This document shows positions 10,808 through 20,437 of a DNA stretch of 64,000 nt, in pieces. The notes under the pieces were generated by a model, which did not search any database, had not been told where the DNA came from, and worked only from the letters and a program-made list of their open reading frames with translations. How positions within the stretch are numbered: position 1 is the stretch's first letter; every line of letters begins with the position of its first letter. Location: NCBI GenBank assembly GCA_965199715.1, contig OZ241322.1, positions 1,888,001 through 1,952,000 on the forward strand, given 5' to 3'. The stretch is from Vicinamibacteria bacterium. GTDB lineage: Bacteria > Acidobacteriota > Vicinamibacteria > Marinacidobacterales > Marinacidobacteraceae. Both the position numbers and the translations under genes were made by a program.

Positions 10808-11938
10808 ATGGAGCGCAATCCCACTCGCCGCGTCCCCGTCGGTTCGGTGGTCGTCGGCGACGGCAACCCGATCGTCGTCCAGAGCATGTGCGCGACCCAC
10901 ACCCGGGATGTGGACGCGACCGTGGCCCAGACCGAGGCGCTCCGCGCCGCCGGGGCCGGCATCGTGCGGGTCGCGGTGGACAGCCGGCGGGAGGTCGATG
11001 CGCTGGCCGAGATCCGCAAGCGCACGCCGGCGAACCTCGTGGTCGATCTGCAAGAGAGCTACCGCCTCGCCGAGAGCGTCGCCCCGCACGTGAACAAGAT
11101 CCGGTACAACCCCGGGCACCTCTGGCACCACGAGACCTCGCGCCCGGTTCCGGACAAGGTCCGCTACCTCGCGGACGTCGCCGGCGAGCACGGCTGCGCG
11201 ATCCGCGTCGGGGTCAACTGCGGCTCCATGGACCCGGCGCACCAGGACCGCTTCGACGACGACCCGGTGGGGGCGATGGTCGCTTCCGCCACCGAGCACT
11301 GCGAGCTCCTGGACCGGTTCGGGTTCACCCGCTACGTGGTCTCGCTGAAGGACTCGGACCCGGCGAACGTCATCGACGGGAACCGGCGCTTCGCCGCCGA
11401 GCGTCCGGACGTGCCGCTCCACCTCGGCGTCACCGAGGCCGGGATGCCCCCCGAGGGCGTCATCAAGACGCGCATCGCCTTCGAGCAGCTCGTGAGCCGC
11501 GGCATCGGGGACACGGTGCGGGTCTCGCTGACCCTCCCGAACGTCCGCAAGCCCGAGGAGGTGGAGGCGGGCCACCAGATCCTCACCGACATCGCGAACG
11601 GGCGCTTCCGTTCGGTTCCCGAATTCCCGAAGGACCGGCTCAACATCATCTCCTGCCCGTCCTGCTCTCGCGTCGAGAACGAGCAGTTCATCGAGTTGGC
11701 CGAGGACGTGCGCGAGATGACTCGCTACGCCGAGAAGCACGCGATCACGATCGCGGTCATGGGGTGCCGGGTGAACGGCCCCGGCGAGACCGACGACGCC
11801 GATCTCGGGCTCTGGTGCGGTCCGGCCTTCGTGAACCTGAAGAAGGGGCCCGAGTCGCTCGGCGCGTACCCCTACGGCGAGATCCTCGGCCGCCTGAAGG
11901 TCGAGGTGGATCGCCTCATTCAGCAGCGCGCGGGCTGA
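10808..11938 (+). CDS. ispG: (E)-4-hydroxy-3-methylbut-2-enyl diphosphate synthase
   Basis: [62 protein letters not shown]. Confidence 0.96.
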   Translation: MERNPTRRVPVGSVVVGDGNPIVVQSMCATHTRDVDATVAQTEALRAAGAGIVRVAVDSRREVDALAEIRKRTPANLVVDLQESYRLAESVAPHVNKIRYNPGHLWHHETSRPVPDKVRYLADVAGEHGCAIRVGVNCGSMDPAHQDRFDDDPVGAMVASATEHCELLDRFGFTRYVVSLKDSDPANVIDGNRRFAAERPDVPLHLGVTEAGMPPEGVIKTRIAFEQLVSRGIGDTVRVSLTLPNVRKPEEVEAGHQILTDIANGRFRSVPEFPKDRLNIISCPSCSRVENEQFIELAEDVREMTRYAEKHAITIAVMGCRVNGPGETDDADLGLWCGPAFVNLKKGPESLGAYPYGEILGRLKVEVDRLIQQRAG

Positions 11939-12698
11939 TTCGGCGCGCGGCGACGTCGAGCTGCCGCGCCTCGAACGCGAGCGTCGCCTCGCGCAACTGG
12001 CGCCGCCGCGTCTCGAGCCAGTCCGCCGCCCGCTCCCCGACCTCCTTCTCGATGAATCCGAGAATCGTCCGGAGGAAATACGCCTCGTCCCCGGGATAGC
12101 CCCCGTCCCGGGGGACGACCCGCCAGTCGGAGCGCCCCGAAGCGACCCCGGCGAATCCCGGCGCGTCCTCCGTCAGGAGCTCGCCGGCGCGGGGCGCGGC
12201 CATGCTCCGATGGTACGCGTCGAGGACGGGGGCGTCGGATTCGTGCGGCGGGTCGAAGCGCGTCTCGCCGGCGAACGTGAGCGCGGCGTAGAACACGCCG
12301 CCCGGCGCGAGGACTCCGCGGGCGAAGTCGAACGCCGCCCCCGCCGGCAGGAGGTCCCAGAACGACCGGGCGAGGAGCAGGTCCCACCGCTCGCCGCCGA
12401 AGCCGCCGGGGACCTCCGCCGCACGGAAGCGGACCGGAAAACCGGCGGCCGCTTCCCGATACGCTCGCAGGAGCTCCGGATTCCCGTCGGTCGCGGTGAG
12501 CTCGAAATCCACGCCGTCCAACAGCCGCATCCAGCGCCGGAAGCCGCCGCCGGCGCCGCCGCCCACCTCGAGCGCGCGGAGCGGCCGGCGAGCGGGGAGC
12601 GCGGCGCGGACGGCGCGTTCCACCCCCGGATGGATCGATCGTTCGTCCACCCCGCGCTTGGCACGCAGGTAGCGGACGAAGTCGGCCGGGGCCGCTAC
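11916..12698 (-). CDS. Class I SAM-dependent methyltransferase (start uncertain; track start 12650)
   Basis: LEVGGGAG motif [29 protein letters not shown]. The open frame extends upstream through [16 protein letters not shown] to about 12698 without a canonical start. Confidence 0.7.
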   Translation of the reverse strand, partial: VAAPADFVRYLRAKRGVDERSIHPGVERAVRAALPARRPLRALEVGGGAGGGFRRWMRLLDGVDFELTATDGNPELLRAYREAAAGFPVRFRAAEVPGGFGGERWDLLLARSFWDLLPAGAAFDFARGVLAPGGVFYAALTFAGETRFDPPHESDAPVLDAYHRSMAAPRAGELLTEDAPGFAGVASGRSDWRVVPRDGGYPGDEAYFLRTILGFIEKEVGERAADWLETRRRQLREATLAFEARQLDVAARRISPRAAE

Positions 12699-12781
12699 TT
12701 TCGGGAGCGCCTCGGGCGGCTTTTTCCGTTGGTGCCCTGGAAGATCTTGCCGCGTTTGGTGCGCCGGTCGCCTTTTCCCAT
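12695..12781 (-). CDS. thx: 30S ribosomal protein bTHX (Thx)
   Basis: Manual translation [28 protein letters not shown] matches the bTHX signature GKGDxxTxRGKIxxGxxGKxRP; TAGAAT -10 box upstream. Too short for the ORF track. Confidence 0.93.
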   Translation of the reverse strand: MGKGDRRTKRGKIFQGTNGKSRPRRSRK

Positions 12782-12809
12782 GAGGTCGGGGATTCTAGCC
12801 GCCCGTCCG

Positions 12810-12815
12810 TACAAT
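12810..12815 (+). promoter_or_regulatory. -10 box (TACAAT) of probable leaderless pxpA transcript
   Basis: TACAAT 7 nt before ATG 12823, no SD. Confidence 0.55.
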
Positions 12816-12822
12816 CGTCGCC

Positions 12823-13581
12823 ATGCGCATCGACCTGAACTGCGACATGGGCGAGAGCTTCGGCAATTACGAGCTCGGCTGCGACGAGGACATCCTCGAA
12901 GTCGTCACCTCCGCGAACGTCGCCTGCGGGTTCCACGCCGGCGATCCGGTCATCATGGACCGCACCGTGGCGCTCGCGCTGGCGAAGGGCGTGGCGGTGG
13001 GCGCCCATCCGGGCCACCACGACCTGCGGGGCTTCGGTCGTCGCCCGATCCAAGCGCCGCCCGAGGAAGTGGAGGCCGACGTGCTCTACCAGGTCGCCGC
13101 GCTCGCCGGATTCGTGCGCTCCCGCAACGGCCGCATGGCGCACGTGAAGCCGCACGGCGCACTCTACAACCAGGCGGTGGGCGATCCGTCGCTGGCCGCC
13201 GCGCTCGCCCGCGCGGTCGCCCGGGCCGATCGGGATCTGGTCTTCGTCGGCCTCGCCACCTCGGACGCGATGCGCGACGCCGCCCGGGCGGAGGGCCTCC
13301 GCTTCGCCGGCGAGGCGTTCGCGGACCGGGTGTACAACCCCGACGGAACGCTCCAGTCGCGCCGGATTCCGGGATCGGTGATCCACGACCCCGAAAAGGC
13401 CGCAGCGCAGGCGGTCCGCATCGCGAAGGGATCCGTGGTCGCCCACGACGGGATCGAGGTTCCGGTCGCGGCCGAGACGCTCTGCCTCCACGGAGACAAT
13501 CCCGCGGCGCTCGAGAACGCCCGCACCGTGCGCCGGAGGCTGGAGGCGGCCGGGGTGGCGGTCCGGGCGCCCGACCGGTGA
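12823..13581 (+). CDS. pxpA: 5-oxoprolinase subunit A (LamB/YcsF)
   Basis: IDLNCDMGESFG, SANVACGFHAGDP, GAHP, GFGRR, HVKPHGALYN, EAFADR, TLCLHGD. Confidence 0.96.
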   Translation: MRIDLNCDMGESFGNYELGCDEDILEVVTSANVACGFHAGDPVIMDRTVALALAKGVAVGAHPGHHDLRGFGRRPIQAPPEEVEADVLYQVAALAGFVRSRNGRMAHVKPHGALYNQAVGDPSLAAALARAVARADRDLVFVGLATSDAMRDAARAEGLRFAGEAFADRVYNPDGTLQSRRIPGSVIHDPEKAAAQAVRIAKGSVVAHDGIEVPVAAETLCLHGDNPAALENARTVRRRLEAAGVAVRAPDR

Positions 13582-15212
13582 CCGAGCCTCGCCTGCTGGA
13601 CGCCGGCGAGGCCGCCTTCGTCGTCGAGTTCGGCGATCGCATCGACGACGACCTGCATGCGCGGGCCACCGGACTCGCCGCGCTGCTCGAGCGCGAGCCG
13701 TTCGACGGCTACCGGGAGGCGATCCCCACGTACCGCTCGGTCCTCGTGCTGCACGATCCGGCGGCGGACCCCGACGCGGTCCGCGCCTGGACGCTGGATC
13801 GCGCCCGTCGCGCCGGAGCGGAGCGGAAGGCCCAGCCCGGGCGGATCGAGCTCCCCTGCGTCTATGACGGCGAGGATCTCGGGGACGTGGCCGAGCAGGT
13901 TGGCGTCCCGGTCGAGGAGCTCGTCCGCGTCCACTCCGGGCGCGACTACCGCGTCTTCCTGATCGGCTTCACCCCGGGGTTTCCCTATCTGGGGATGGCC
14001 GACCCCCGCCTCGACATCCCGCGCCGCGCGACGCCCCGGGTGCGGGTTCCCGCCGGTTCGGTTGCGATGGCCCGCGCCCAGACCGGCGTCTATCCGTGGG
14101 TGACCCCCGGCGGCTGGCATCTCCTCGGCCGCACCGATCCGGCGCTCCTGTTCGACCCCGACCGGAGCCCGCCGGCGACGTGCCTGCCGGGCGACGAGGT
14201 CCGCTTCGTTCCGGTCGAGGAGCTTCCAGTCCGGGAGGCGGTCGCGAACCGGCCCGAAACCGAGCCGTCCGGCGCGCCGGCGCTCGAGATGCGGCGCGGC
14301 GGGCTCCTCACCACCGTCCAGGACCTCGGCCGGCCCGGCTTCCAGCGCTACGGGGTTCCGCGCGCCGGAGCGGCGGACCCCCGCTCGCTCGCCTTCGCGA
14401 ACCGGGCGGTGGGGAACCCGGACGGCGCCGCCGGGCTCGAATGCGCGCTGCTGGGTCCACGGGTCCGGTTCCTGCGCCGGGTTCTCGTCGCGCTCGGCGG
14501 CGCGGACCATCGGGCGGCGCTGCGGCTTCCGAACGGGATGCGCTGGCCGGTCCCGGTGGGGACGTCCCTCCTGGCGCCGGCGGGCAGCGAGCTGACGTTC
14601 GGCGGCCCGCCGACCGGGATGCGCGCCTACCTCGCTTTCGCCGGCGGGATCGACGTGCCCGAGGTGCTCGGGTCCCGCGCCACCTACCTCACCGCCGGAT
14701 TCGGCGGGTTCCGGGGGCGCGCGCTGCGCGACGGCGATCGCCTCCATCTCGGTCCGGCGCCCGAGGACGCACGGGAGAGCCGGTTCGAGCCGCTGGCGCG
14801 GCGCGCCCCGTCGGGCGACCTGCGCCTGCGGGTCAGCCTCGGCCCCCAGGCGGACTGCTTCACGGGCGCGTGCATCGAGCGGCTGCCCGAGCTCGCCTTC
14901 ACCGTCTCGAACGACTCGAACCGCATGGGAACGCGCCTCGACGGCCCGGTTCTCGCGCACCGGCCGGGGAAGAAGGAGATCGTCTCCGACGCGAACCCGC
15001 CGGGAGCGATCCAGGTTCCCCCGGCCGGGCGGCCCATCGTCATGGGGGCCGATCAGGGAACGACCGGCGGCTACCCCAAGATCGGGTGCGTCGCGGCGCC
15101 CGATCTGGCCCGGCTGGCGCAGGCGCTTCCGGGGACCCGGGTCGGTTTCGACGTCGTGTCGCTGGCGGAGGCCCGGGAGATCACGCTCGCCGACGCCAGC
15201 CGCCTCCCCTGA
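13578..15212 (+). CDS. pxpBC: Fused 5-oxoprolinase subunits B and C
   Basis: GTG start overlaps the pxpA stop. PxpB part: IPTYRSVL, GFTPGFPYL, PAGSV, TPGGWHLLGRT. PxpC part: TTVQDLGRPG, ANRAVGN, SNRMG, GAIQVP, TTGGYPKI. Confidence 0.92.
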   Translation: MTEPRLLDAGEAAFVVEFGDRIDDDLHARATGLAALLEREPFDGYREAIPTYRSVLVLHDPAADPDAVRAWTLDRARRAGAERKAQPGRIELPCVYDGEDLGDVAEQVGVPVEELVRVHSGRDYRVFLIGFTPGFPYLGMADPRLDIPRRATPRVRVPAGSVAMARAQTGVYPWVTPGGWHLLGRTDPALLFDPDRSPPATCLPGDEVRFVPVEELPVREAVANRPETEPSGAPALEMRRGGLLTTVQDLGRPGFQRYGVPRAGAADPRSLAFANRAVGNPDGAAGLECALLGPRVRFLRRVLVALGGADHRAALRLPNGMRWPVPVGTSLLAPAGSELTFGGPPTGMRAYLAFAGGIDVPEVLGSRATYLTAGFGGFRGRALRDGDRLHLGPAPEDARESRFEPLARRAPSGDLRLRVSLGPQADCFTGACIERLPELAFTVSNDSNRMGTRLDGPVLAHRPGKKEIVSDANPPGAIQVPPAGRPIVMGADQGTTGGYPKIGCVAAPDLARLAQALPGTRVGFDVVSLAEAREITLADASRLP

Positions 15213-15603
15213 ACAAGCGCGCGATCCGCGAGTCGAGCAGGTCGCGGGTCTCCCGGAACCGGACGAGCGACTCCTCGGCGGTCGCGGCGCCCGCGGGGTC
15301 GCGCAGCGGCCAGTGCAGCCGGTGGGTTCCCGGCGGGAGCGTCGGACAGACCTCCTCGGCGCACAGCGTGATCACGCACGCGGCGTCCGCGATGGGTACG
15401 TCCTCGAGGCCCTTGGACTTCGCCTTCGAGATGTCCGCGCCAATTTCCCGGAGCACCCGAATGGCCATCGGGTGCACTCTCCACGGCGCGGATCCGGCGC
15501 TGAAGACCGCGACCTCTGGCGGCGCGTGGCGGCGCGCGACCGCCTCGGCGAGCTGGCTGCGCGCCGAGTTCGCGAGACACAGGAAGATGACCGGGCGGGG
15601 CAT
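15181..15603 (-). CDS. arsC: Arsenate reductase ArsC / LMW-PTP family
   Basis: FLCLANSARSQLAEA P-loop, SAGS, VHP, ITLCAEEVCP, HWPLRDPA. Confidence 0.85.
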   Translation of the reverse strand: MPRPVIFLCLANSARSQLAEAVARRHAPPEVAVFSAGSAPWRVHPMAIRVLREIGADISKAKSKGLEDVPIADAACVITLCAEEVCPTLPPGTHRLHWPLRDPAGAATAEESLVRFRETRDLLDSRIARLFRGGGWRRRA

Positions 15604-15646
15604 GCGGACGCGCGAAGTCTAGGGGGGAGCGAACGCTATTCTTGCC

Positions 15647-16351
15647 TTGATTCCCGTGGTTTTCCGTCGGCTCCCGCTGATCCCGTGCGTGGCGGTGCTC
15701 GCGTGCGCGCCCGAACCGGAGATTCCGGCGGATCCGGTTCCGGCGGTCGAGCCCGACCGCTCGGGCCCGGCGCTGATCGCCTTCGGGGACAGCCTCACCG
15801 CCGGCTACGGAATCGATCCGGAAGAAGCGTGGCCGGCGCGGCTCGAGGCCCTGCTCGCGGCGCGGGGGCGCGACCTTCGGGTCGTGAACGCCGGAGCGTC
15901 CGGGGAGACGAGCTCGGGCGGACTGCGGCGGCTGCCCTGGGTGCTGGATCGGGAGCCCGGCGCCGTCGCGCTCGTGGTCGCGCTCGGCGGCAACGACGGG
16001 CTACGGGCGATTCCTCCCGAGCTCATGGAGGAGAACCTGCGCGGCATGCTCGCCGAAGCCCGTTCGCGCGGACTTCCGGTCCTGCTCGCCGGAGTCCCGT
16101 CGCCTCCCGAACTGGGGGACGACTACGCCGAGGAGTTCCAGGCCGCGTTCCGCTCCGCCGCCGCCAGCGCCGGAGCGCCGCTGCTCGCGAGCCTGCTCGA
16201 GGGGGTCGCCGGGGTCCCGGAGCTGAATCAGCGCGACGGGATCCATCCGAACCCGGAAGGCGCGTCCCGGATCGCGTCGGTCGTCCTCGCCGCGGTCGTT
16301 CCGCTGCTGGGGAACGCCGCGCCGCCGGACGTCGTTACCGACGAGGAATGA
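15647..16351 (+). CDS. tesA: GDSL/SGNH arylesterase (TesA-like lipoprotein)
   Basis: FGDSLTAGYG, NAGASGETSSGG, LGGNDGLR, DGIHPN; LAC lipobox; adjacent to ybbA/ybbP homologues. Confidence 0.88.
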   Translation: MIPVVFRRLPLIPCVAVLACAPEPEIPADPVPAVEPDRSGPALIAFGDSLTAGYGIDPEEAWPARLEALLAARGRDLRVVNAGASGETSSGGLRRLPWVLDREPGAVALVVALGGNDGLRAIPPELMEENLRGMLAEARSRGLPVLLAGVPSPPELGDDYAEEFQAAFRSAAASAGAPLLASLLEGVAGVPELNQRDGIHPNPEGASRIASVVLAAVVPLLGNAAPPDVVTDEE

Positions 16352-17052
16352 GCGCCATGATCGAGGCCATCGGCCTCGAGAAGACCGTCCGGAGCGGGGA
16401 CCGCCCGCTGACCATCCTGAAGGGGCTCGACTTCGTCGTGGAGCCGGAGTCGGTGGTGGCCATCCGCGGCCCGTCGGGAAGCGGCAAGTCCACGCTGCTC
16501 GGCCTTCTCGCCGGACTCGATCCGCCCACCGCCGGGAGCGTCCGCATCGCCGGGATCGACCTCGCGAGCCTCGACGAGGAGGGACTCGCGCAGTTCCGCT
16601 CGAAGAACGTCGGCTTCGTCTTCCAGTCGTTCCACCTGCTCCCGAACCTGACCGCGCTCGAGAACGCGGCGGTGCCGCTGGAGATCGCGGGCGATCCCGA
16701 CGCGCTCGACCGGGCGGCCGAGGTGCTGGAAGCCTTCGGCCTGACGGCCCGCGCCCACCATCTGCCGTCCCAGATGTCCGGCGGCGAGCAGCAGCGGGCC
16801 GCGATCGCCCGCGCCATCTCCAACCGGCCCCGGCTCGTGCTGGCGGACGAGCCCACCGGGAACCTCGACGAGGAGACCGGCGCCCGGATCGCGGCCCTGC
16901 TGGTGGACGTGCGCGACCGGTTCGGCGCGACCATCGTGGTCGCGACCCACGATTCGGAGCTCGCCGCTCGCGCCGACCGGCGCCTCCTGCTGCGCGGCGG
17001 CGCTCTCGCTCCCGACCGCCCGGCGCGGACGCCCGAGCTGGTCTCCGCCTGA
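16348..17052 (+). CDS. ABC transporter ATP-binding protein (YbbA-like)
   Basis: ATG 16348 overlaps the tesA stop; GPSGSGKST, GFVFQSFHLL, MSGGEQQR, LADEPTGNLD. Confidence 0.93.
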   Translation: MSAMIEAIGLEKTVRSGDRPLTILKGLDFVVEPESVVAIRGPSGSGKSTLLGLLAGLDPPTAGSVRIAGIDLASLDEEGLAQFRSKNVGFVFQSFHLLPNLTALENAAVPLEIAGDPDALDRAAEVLEAFGLTARAHHLPSQMSGGEQQRAAIARAISNRPRLVLADEPTGNLDEETGARIAALLVDVRDRFGATIVVATHDSELAARADRRLLLRGGALAPDRPARTPELVSA

Positions 17053-17057
17053 CCGGG

Positions 17058-19583
17058 ATGCGCTTCGCCGTCCGGATGGCGGTCCGCGAACTCCGGTCCT
17101 CGGTCCGGCGCCTGTCGCCCTTCTTTCTTGCGGTGGGCCTCGGAGTCGCGGCCATCGTCGTGCTCCGGTCCGCCGCCGACAGCCTGAAGACGGCGCTCAC
17201 GAGGGAGTCCCGGTCGCTCCTCGCCGGCGACGTCCGGGTCGTCACCTCCGAGGGCTTCACCGAGCACGACCTCTTCATCCTCCGCGAGAAGCTGGAAGCC
17301 CATCCGGTCACCGGGATCGCCCGCACCGCCCAGCTCGCCACGCTGGCGCGCTCCGGTTCCAGCGAGGGGCTCGGCATGATGGTCGAGCTGAAGGGAGTGG
17401 AGGCGGGGTTCCCGCTCTACGGGGCCATGGAGCTTCAGGGCGCCGAGTACGGCCCCGATCTTCTCGCCGACCGGGGCGCGCTGGTTCGCCCCGAGGTGTT
17501 GGCGCGGCTCGACGTGGAGGTGGGGGACCGGATCGCCCTCGGCGGCGCGTCCTTCGAGGTGCGCGGCGTCCTGCTGAAGGAAGCCGGGGCGGGCGTCGAT
17601 TTCTTCCGCCGCGGTCCGCGGGTCCTCGTCGCCCACGGCGACCTCATGGGTTCGGGCCTCCTCGACGTGCCCTCGCGCGGCCGCCACGAGATGCTCGTCG
17701 CGCTCCCGACCGAAGACGACGCCACCGACCTTGCGTGGGACCTTCGCGGCGCGTTCGAGGACACGTCGGTGCGGGTCGGCACGTTGCGCGAGACGGGGGA
17801 CCGCCTCTCGCGCCGCATCCAGCGAGCCGAGGACTACCTCAGCCTCGCCGGGTTCGTGATCCTCGTGCTCGGCGCGGTCGGGGTCTTCAGCGTCATCCGC
17901 ACGTTCACGGTCCAGAACCTCCCCGCTGCGGCCATCCAGCGCTGCCTCGGGGTGGGGGCCGGAACGATCTTCCTCACCGCGCTCCTTCAGGTCATCGCGC
18001 TCGCGGGTCTCGCCAGCGCGTTCGGGATCGGGCTCGGCGCGGCCGCGCTCGCGCTGGTGCCCGACGTGGAGATGGCCGGCGTCGCGGTCCGCTCGCGGCT
18101 CACGGTCCCGGCGGCGCTCCAGGGAGCGCTCGTCGGCGGCGCGGTCTCGCTCTTGGCCGCGATCGTGCCGATGCTGCCGCTGCGCCGGGTGCGTCCGCTC
18201 GGGCTGCTGCGCAGCGGCGACCTGACGGACTCCGGCGACGTCCGTCAGCGGAGGATCGAGCATCTCGTGGCGGGGCTGGTCGTCGCGGCGTTCCTCGCGC
18301 TCGCCGGGCTCCAGTCGGGGTCGCTGCCGATCACGCTCGCGGTCTCGGGCGGCTTCGTCGGCGTCGCGATCTCGCTCTGGGCGCTCGGCGGCCTCCTCAT
18401 CCGGGCGCTCCGCCCGCTCGTCGCCTCGCGGAATTTCGCGGTGCGCCACGCGCTGCGCACGGTCGTGCGGGGCGCGAGCCAGGTCCGGATCATCCTCGTG
18501 GCGCTGGGAGTGGGGGTGTTCCTCGTCACGGCGGTGACCGGCATCGAGTCCAACCTGCGCCGCGAGTTCCGCTTCCAGGAGGACAGCAGCGCTCCCGACC
18601 TCTTCTTCCTCGACATCCAGGACGACCAGGTGGACGCCGTCCGGGCGAACGCCCTCGCCGCCGGGGCGGCGGACATCCGGCTCATCCCGGTGCTCCAGGG
18701 GCGGATCCACGCGGTCTTCGGACGCGACGTCCAGCTCGAGGACCGCGAAGCGGTTCGGTCCCGCGGCGGGCTGGGGCGCGAGTACACGATCAGCGCCCGG
18801 ACTGCGCTCGACGACAACGAGACGCTCGTCGAGGGCGAGTTCTGGGGAGATCGCCCTTCCGACGGGATCGAGGTCTCGGCGGAGATCCAGATGCAGCGCG
18901 AGTACGGGCTGCAGGTCGGCGACGTGGTGCGCTTTCGGATCCTCGGCGAGACGCTCGACGCCCGCATCACGTCCATCCGCGACGTGGAGTGGCGCAACGC
19001 CCGCAACGGCGGGTTCACGTTCCTGCTGCACCCGGACGTGGTGGACGACTTCCCCACCACGTGGGCGGGGTTCGTCCGGGGGCCCGACGGGGTCACCGAG
19101 CGGGCGCGCTTCCAGGCGGCGGTCGCCGGGGCGTTCCCGAACGTGAGCGTGCTGGACCTCCGCGACGTGCTGGACACGATGCAGGAGGTCGCCGGCGCGG
19201 TCGGGATCGCGATCCGCGTCGTCGGGCTGATCGCGCTGATCGGCGGGATCCTGATCCTGATCGGCTCGGTGGCCGTCCACATGAGCGCCCGGCGGCGGGA
19301 GACCGCGGTGCTGAGAGTGCTCGGCGCGGCGCGGTCGAAGGTCGTCGCCCTGACGATCATCGAGCACGGCGCCATCGGCGCTCTCGCCGGGGCGACCGCG
19401 GCGGTCTTCGCCGCGCTGGTGACGCTCTACGTGATCCGGGAGATCATGCGGGTGCCGTTCGCCGCCGAGCCGGCGACCGCGGTCGTGGCCGTCGTGGGCG
19501 CCGCGCTCGGAGCCGCGCTCGTCGGGGCGGTCGCCGCCGCCGACGTGCTGCGCCGGAAGCCGCTCGGCCTCTTGACCGACTGA
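17058..19583 (+). CDS. ABC transporter permease (YbbP-like, two FtsX domains)
   Basis: RMAVRELR, LLAGD, LKGVEAGFPLYG, PDLFFLDIQDDQ, RRRETAVLRVLGA; two TM clusters. Confidence 0.9.
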   Translation: MRFAVRMAVRELRSSVRRLSPFFLAVGLGVAAIVVLRSAADSLKTALTRESRSLLAGDVRVVTSEGFTEHDLFILREKLEAHPVTGIARTAQLATLARSGSSEGLGMMVELKGVEAGFPLYGAMELQGAEYGPDLLADRGALVRPEVLARLDVEVGDRIALGGASFEVRGVLLKEAGAGVDFFRRGPRVLVAHGDLMGSGLLDVPSRGRHEMLVALPTEDDATDLAWDLRGAFEDTSVRVGTLRETGDRLSRRIQRAEDYLSLAGFVILVLGAVGVFSVIRTFTVQNLPAAAIQRCLGVGAGTIFLTALLQVIALAGLASAFGIGLGAAALALVPDVEMAGVAVRSRLTVPAALQGALVGGAVSLLAAIVPMLPLRRVRPLGLLRSGDLTDSGDVRQRRIEHLVAGLVVAAFLALAGLQSGSLPITLAVSGGFVGVAISLWALGGLLIRALRPLVASRNFAVRHALRTVVRGASQVRIILVALGVGVFLVTAVTGIESNLRREFRFQEDSSAPDLFFLDIQDDQVDAVRANALAAGAADIRLIPVLQGRIHAVFGRDVQLEDREAVRSRGGLGREYTISARTALDDNETLVEGEFWGDRPSDGIEVSAEIQMQREYGLQVGDVVRFRILGETLDARITSIRDVEWRNARNGGFTFLLHPDVVDDFPTTWAGFVRGPDGVTERARFQAAVAGAFPNVSVLDLRDVLDTMQEVAGAVGIAIRVVGLIALIGGILILIGSVAVHMSARRRETAVLRVLGAARSKVVALTIIEHGAIGALAGATAAVFAALVTLYVIREIMRVPFAAEPATAVVAVVGAALGAALVGAVAAADVLRRKPLGLLTD

Positions 19584-19587
19584 GGGT

Positions 19588-20076
19588 TCAGTCCCCGGCG
19601 GTGAGCCGGGCGAGCCACTCCTCGGGAATCCGGACCGCGATCACTTCGCCCTCGGCGGTCCGCGTCCCGTCCGCCTCCACCGCCACCGTCACGTGGACGC
19701 GCCGCTCGCGGATCTCGGTCGCGCGTCCCCGAAGCACGAGCTCCCCGCCGAGCGGCGTGGGCTTCAGGAAGCGGACCCGGAGCTCGCCGGTCACGAACCG
19801 AAGCGGCGGATCCGAGTCGAGGTCCCGACCGGCGGCCCGGTACGCGGCCGCCGCCGCGGTCCCGATCCCGTGGCAGTCGATGAGCGACGCGATCAGCCCG
19901 CCGTACACGGCGCCGGGCACCGCGGTGTGGAATGGCTCCGGGGTGAAGCGGCACACCGCCTCCGCGCCCTCGTCGAAGCTGCGGATCCGGTATCCCTCGG
20001 GATTTCGGGAGCCGCAGCCGTAGCAATGCCGGGTCGCGTCGGGATACGTGTCCTGGATCGCCCGCGGCTCATGCAT
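19588..20076 (-). CDS. PaaI family (hotdog) thioesterase
   Basis: CYGCG..NPEG, GAVYGGLIASLIDCH, VTGELRVRFLKPTP. Confidence 0.88.
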   Translation of the reverse strand: MHEPRAIQDTYPDATRHCYGCGSRNPEGYRIRSFDEGAEAVCRFTPEPFHTAVPGAVYGGLIASLIDCHGIGTAAAAAYRAAGRDLDSDPPLRFVTGELRVRFLKPTPLGGELVLRGRATEIRERRVHVTVAVEADGTRTAEGEVIAVRIPEEWLARLTAGD

Positions 20077-20437
20077 GGGTGCGGAAGGTCGCGACGAGCA
20101 GCGCCGCCCAGCCCCCGATGAGCGCGAGTCCCCCCAGCGGCGTCACCGGACCGAGCCAGCGGGGGCCGCCGAGCGCGAGCCAGAACAGGCTTCCCGAAAA
20201 GAGCGCCGCGCCGACGCAGGCGAGCAGGCCCGCCGCGTGGACCCACGAGCCGAGCCCGTCGCGGGCGAGCGCGCCGATGACCAGCAGGCCGAGCCCGTGA
20301 TACGCGAGGTAGCGCGCGCCGGTCTCGAACGTCTGGAGCGCCTTCGGCTCGAGGCGCGCCGCGAGCGCGTGGGCGCCGAACGCCCCGAGCGTCACCGCCG
20401 CCAGCATGAAGAAGGCGCCGGCGCGGACCCAGATCAA
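20069..20437 (-). CDS. DUF423 (YgdD-like) membrane protein
   Basis: LGAFGAH, FETGARY..YHGL, LFSGSL, LGPVTPLGG. Confidence 0.9.
   Translation of the reverse strand: MIWVRAGAFFMLAAVTLGAFGAHALAARLEPKALQTFETGARYLAYHGLGLLVIGALARDGLGSWVHAAGLLACVGAALFSGSLFWLALGGPRWLGPVTPLGGLALIGGWAALLVATFRTHA

Noticed and set aside
12210-13577. N-terminal half of the 1000-aa ORF 12210..15212
   Set aside because: Overlaps the methyltransferase, thx and pxpA in other frames; the real gene (pxpBC) starts at GTG 13578.
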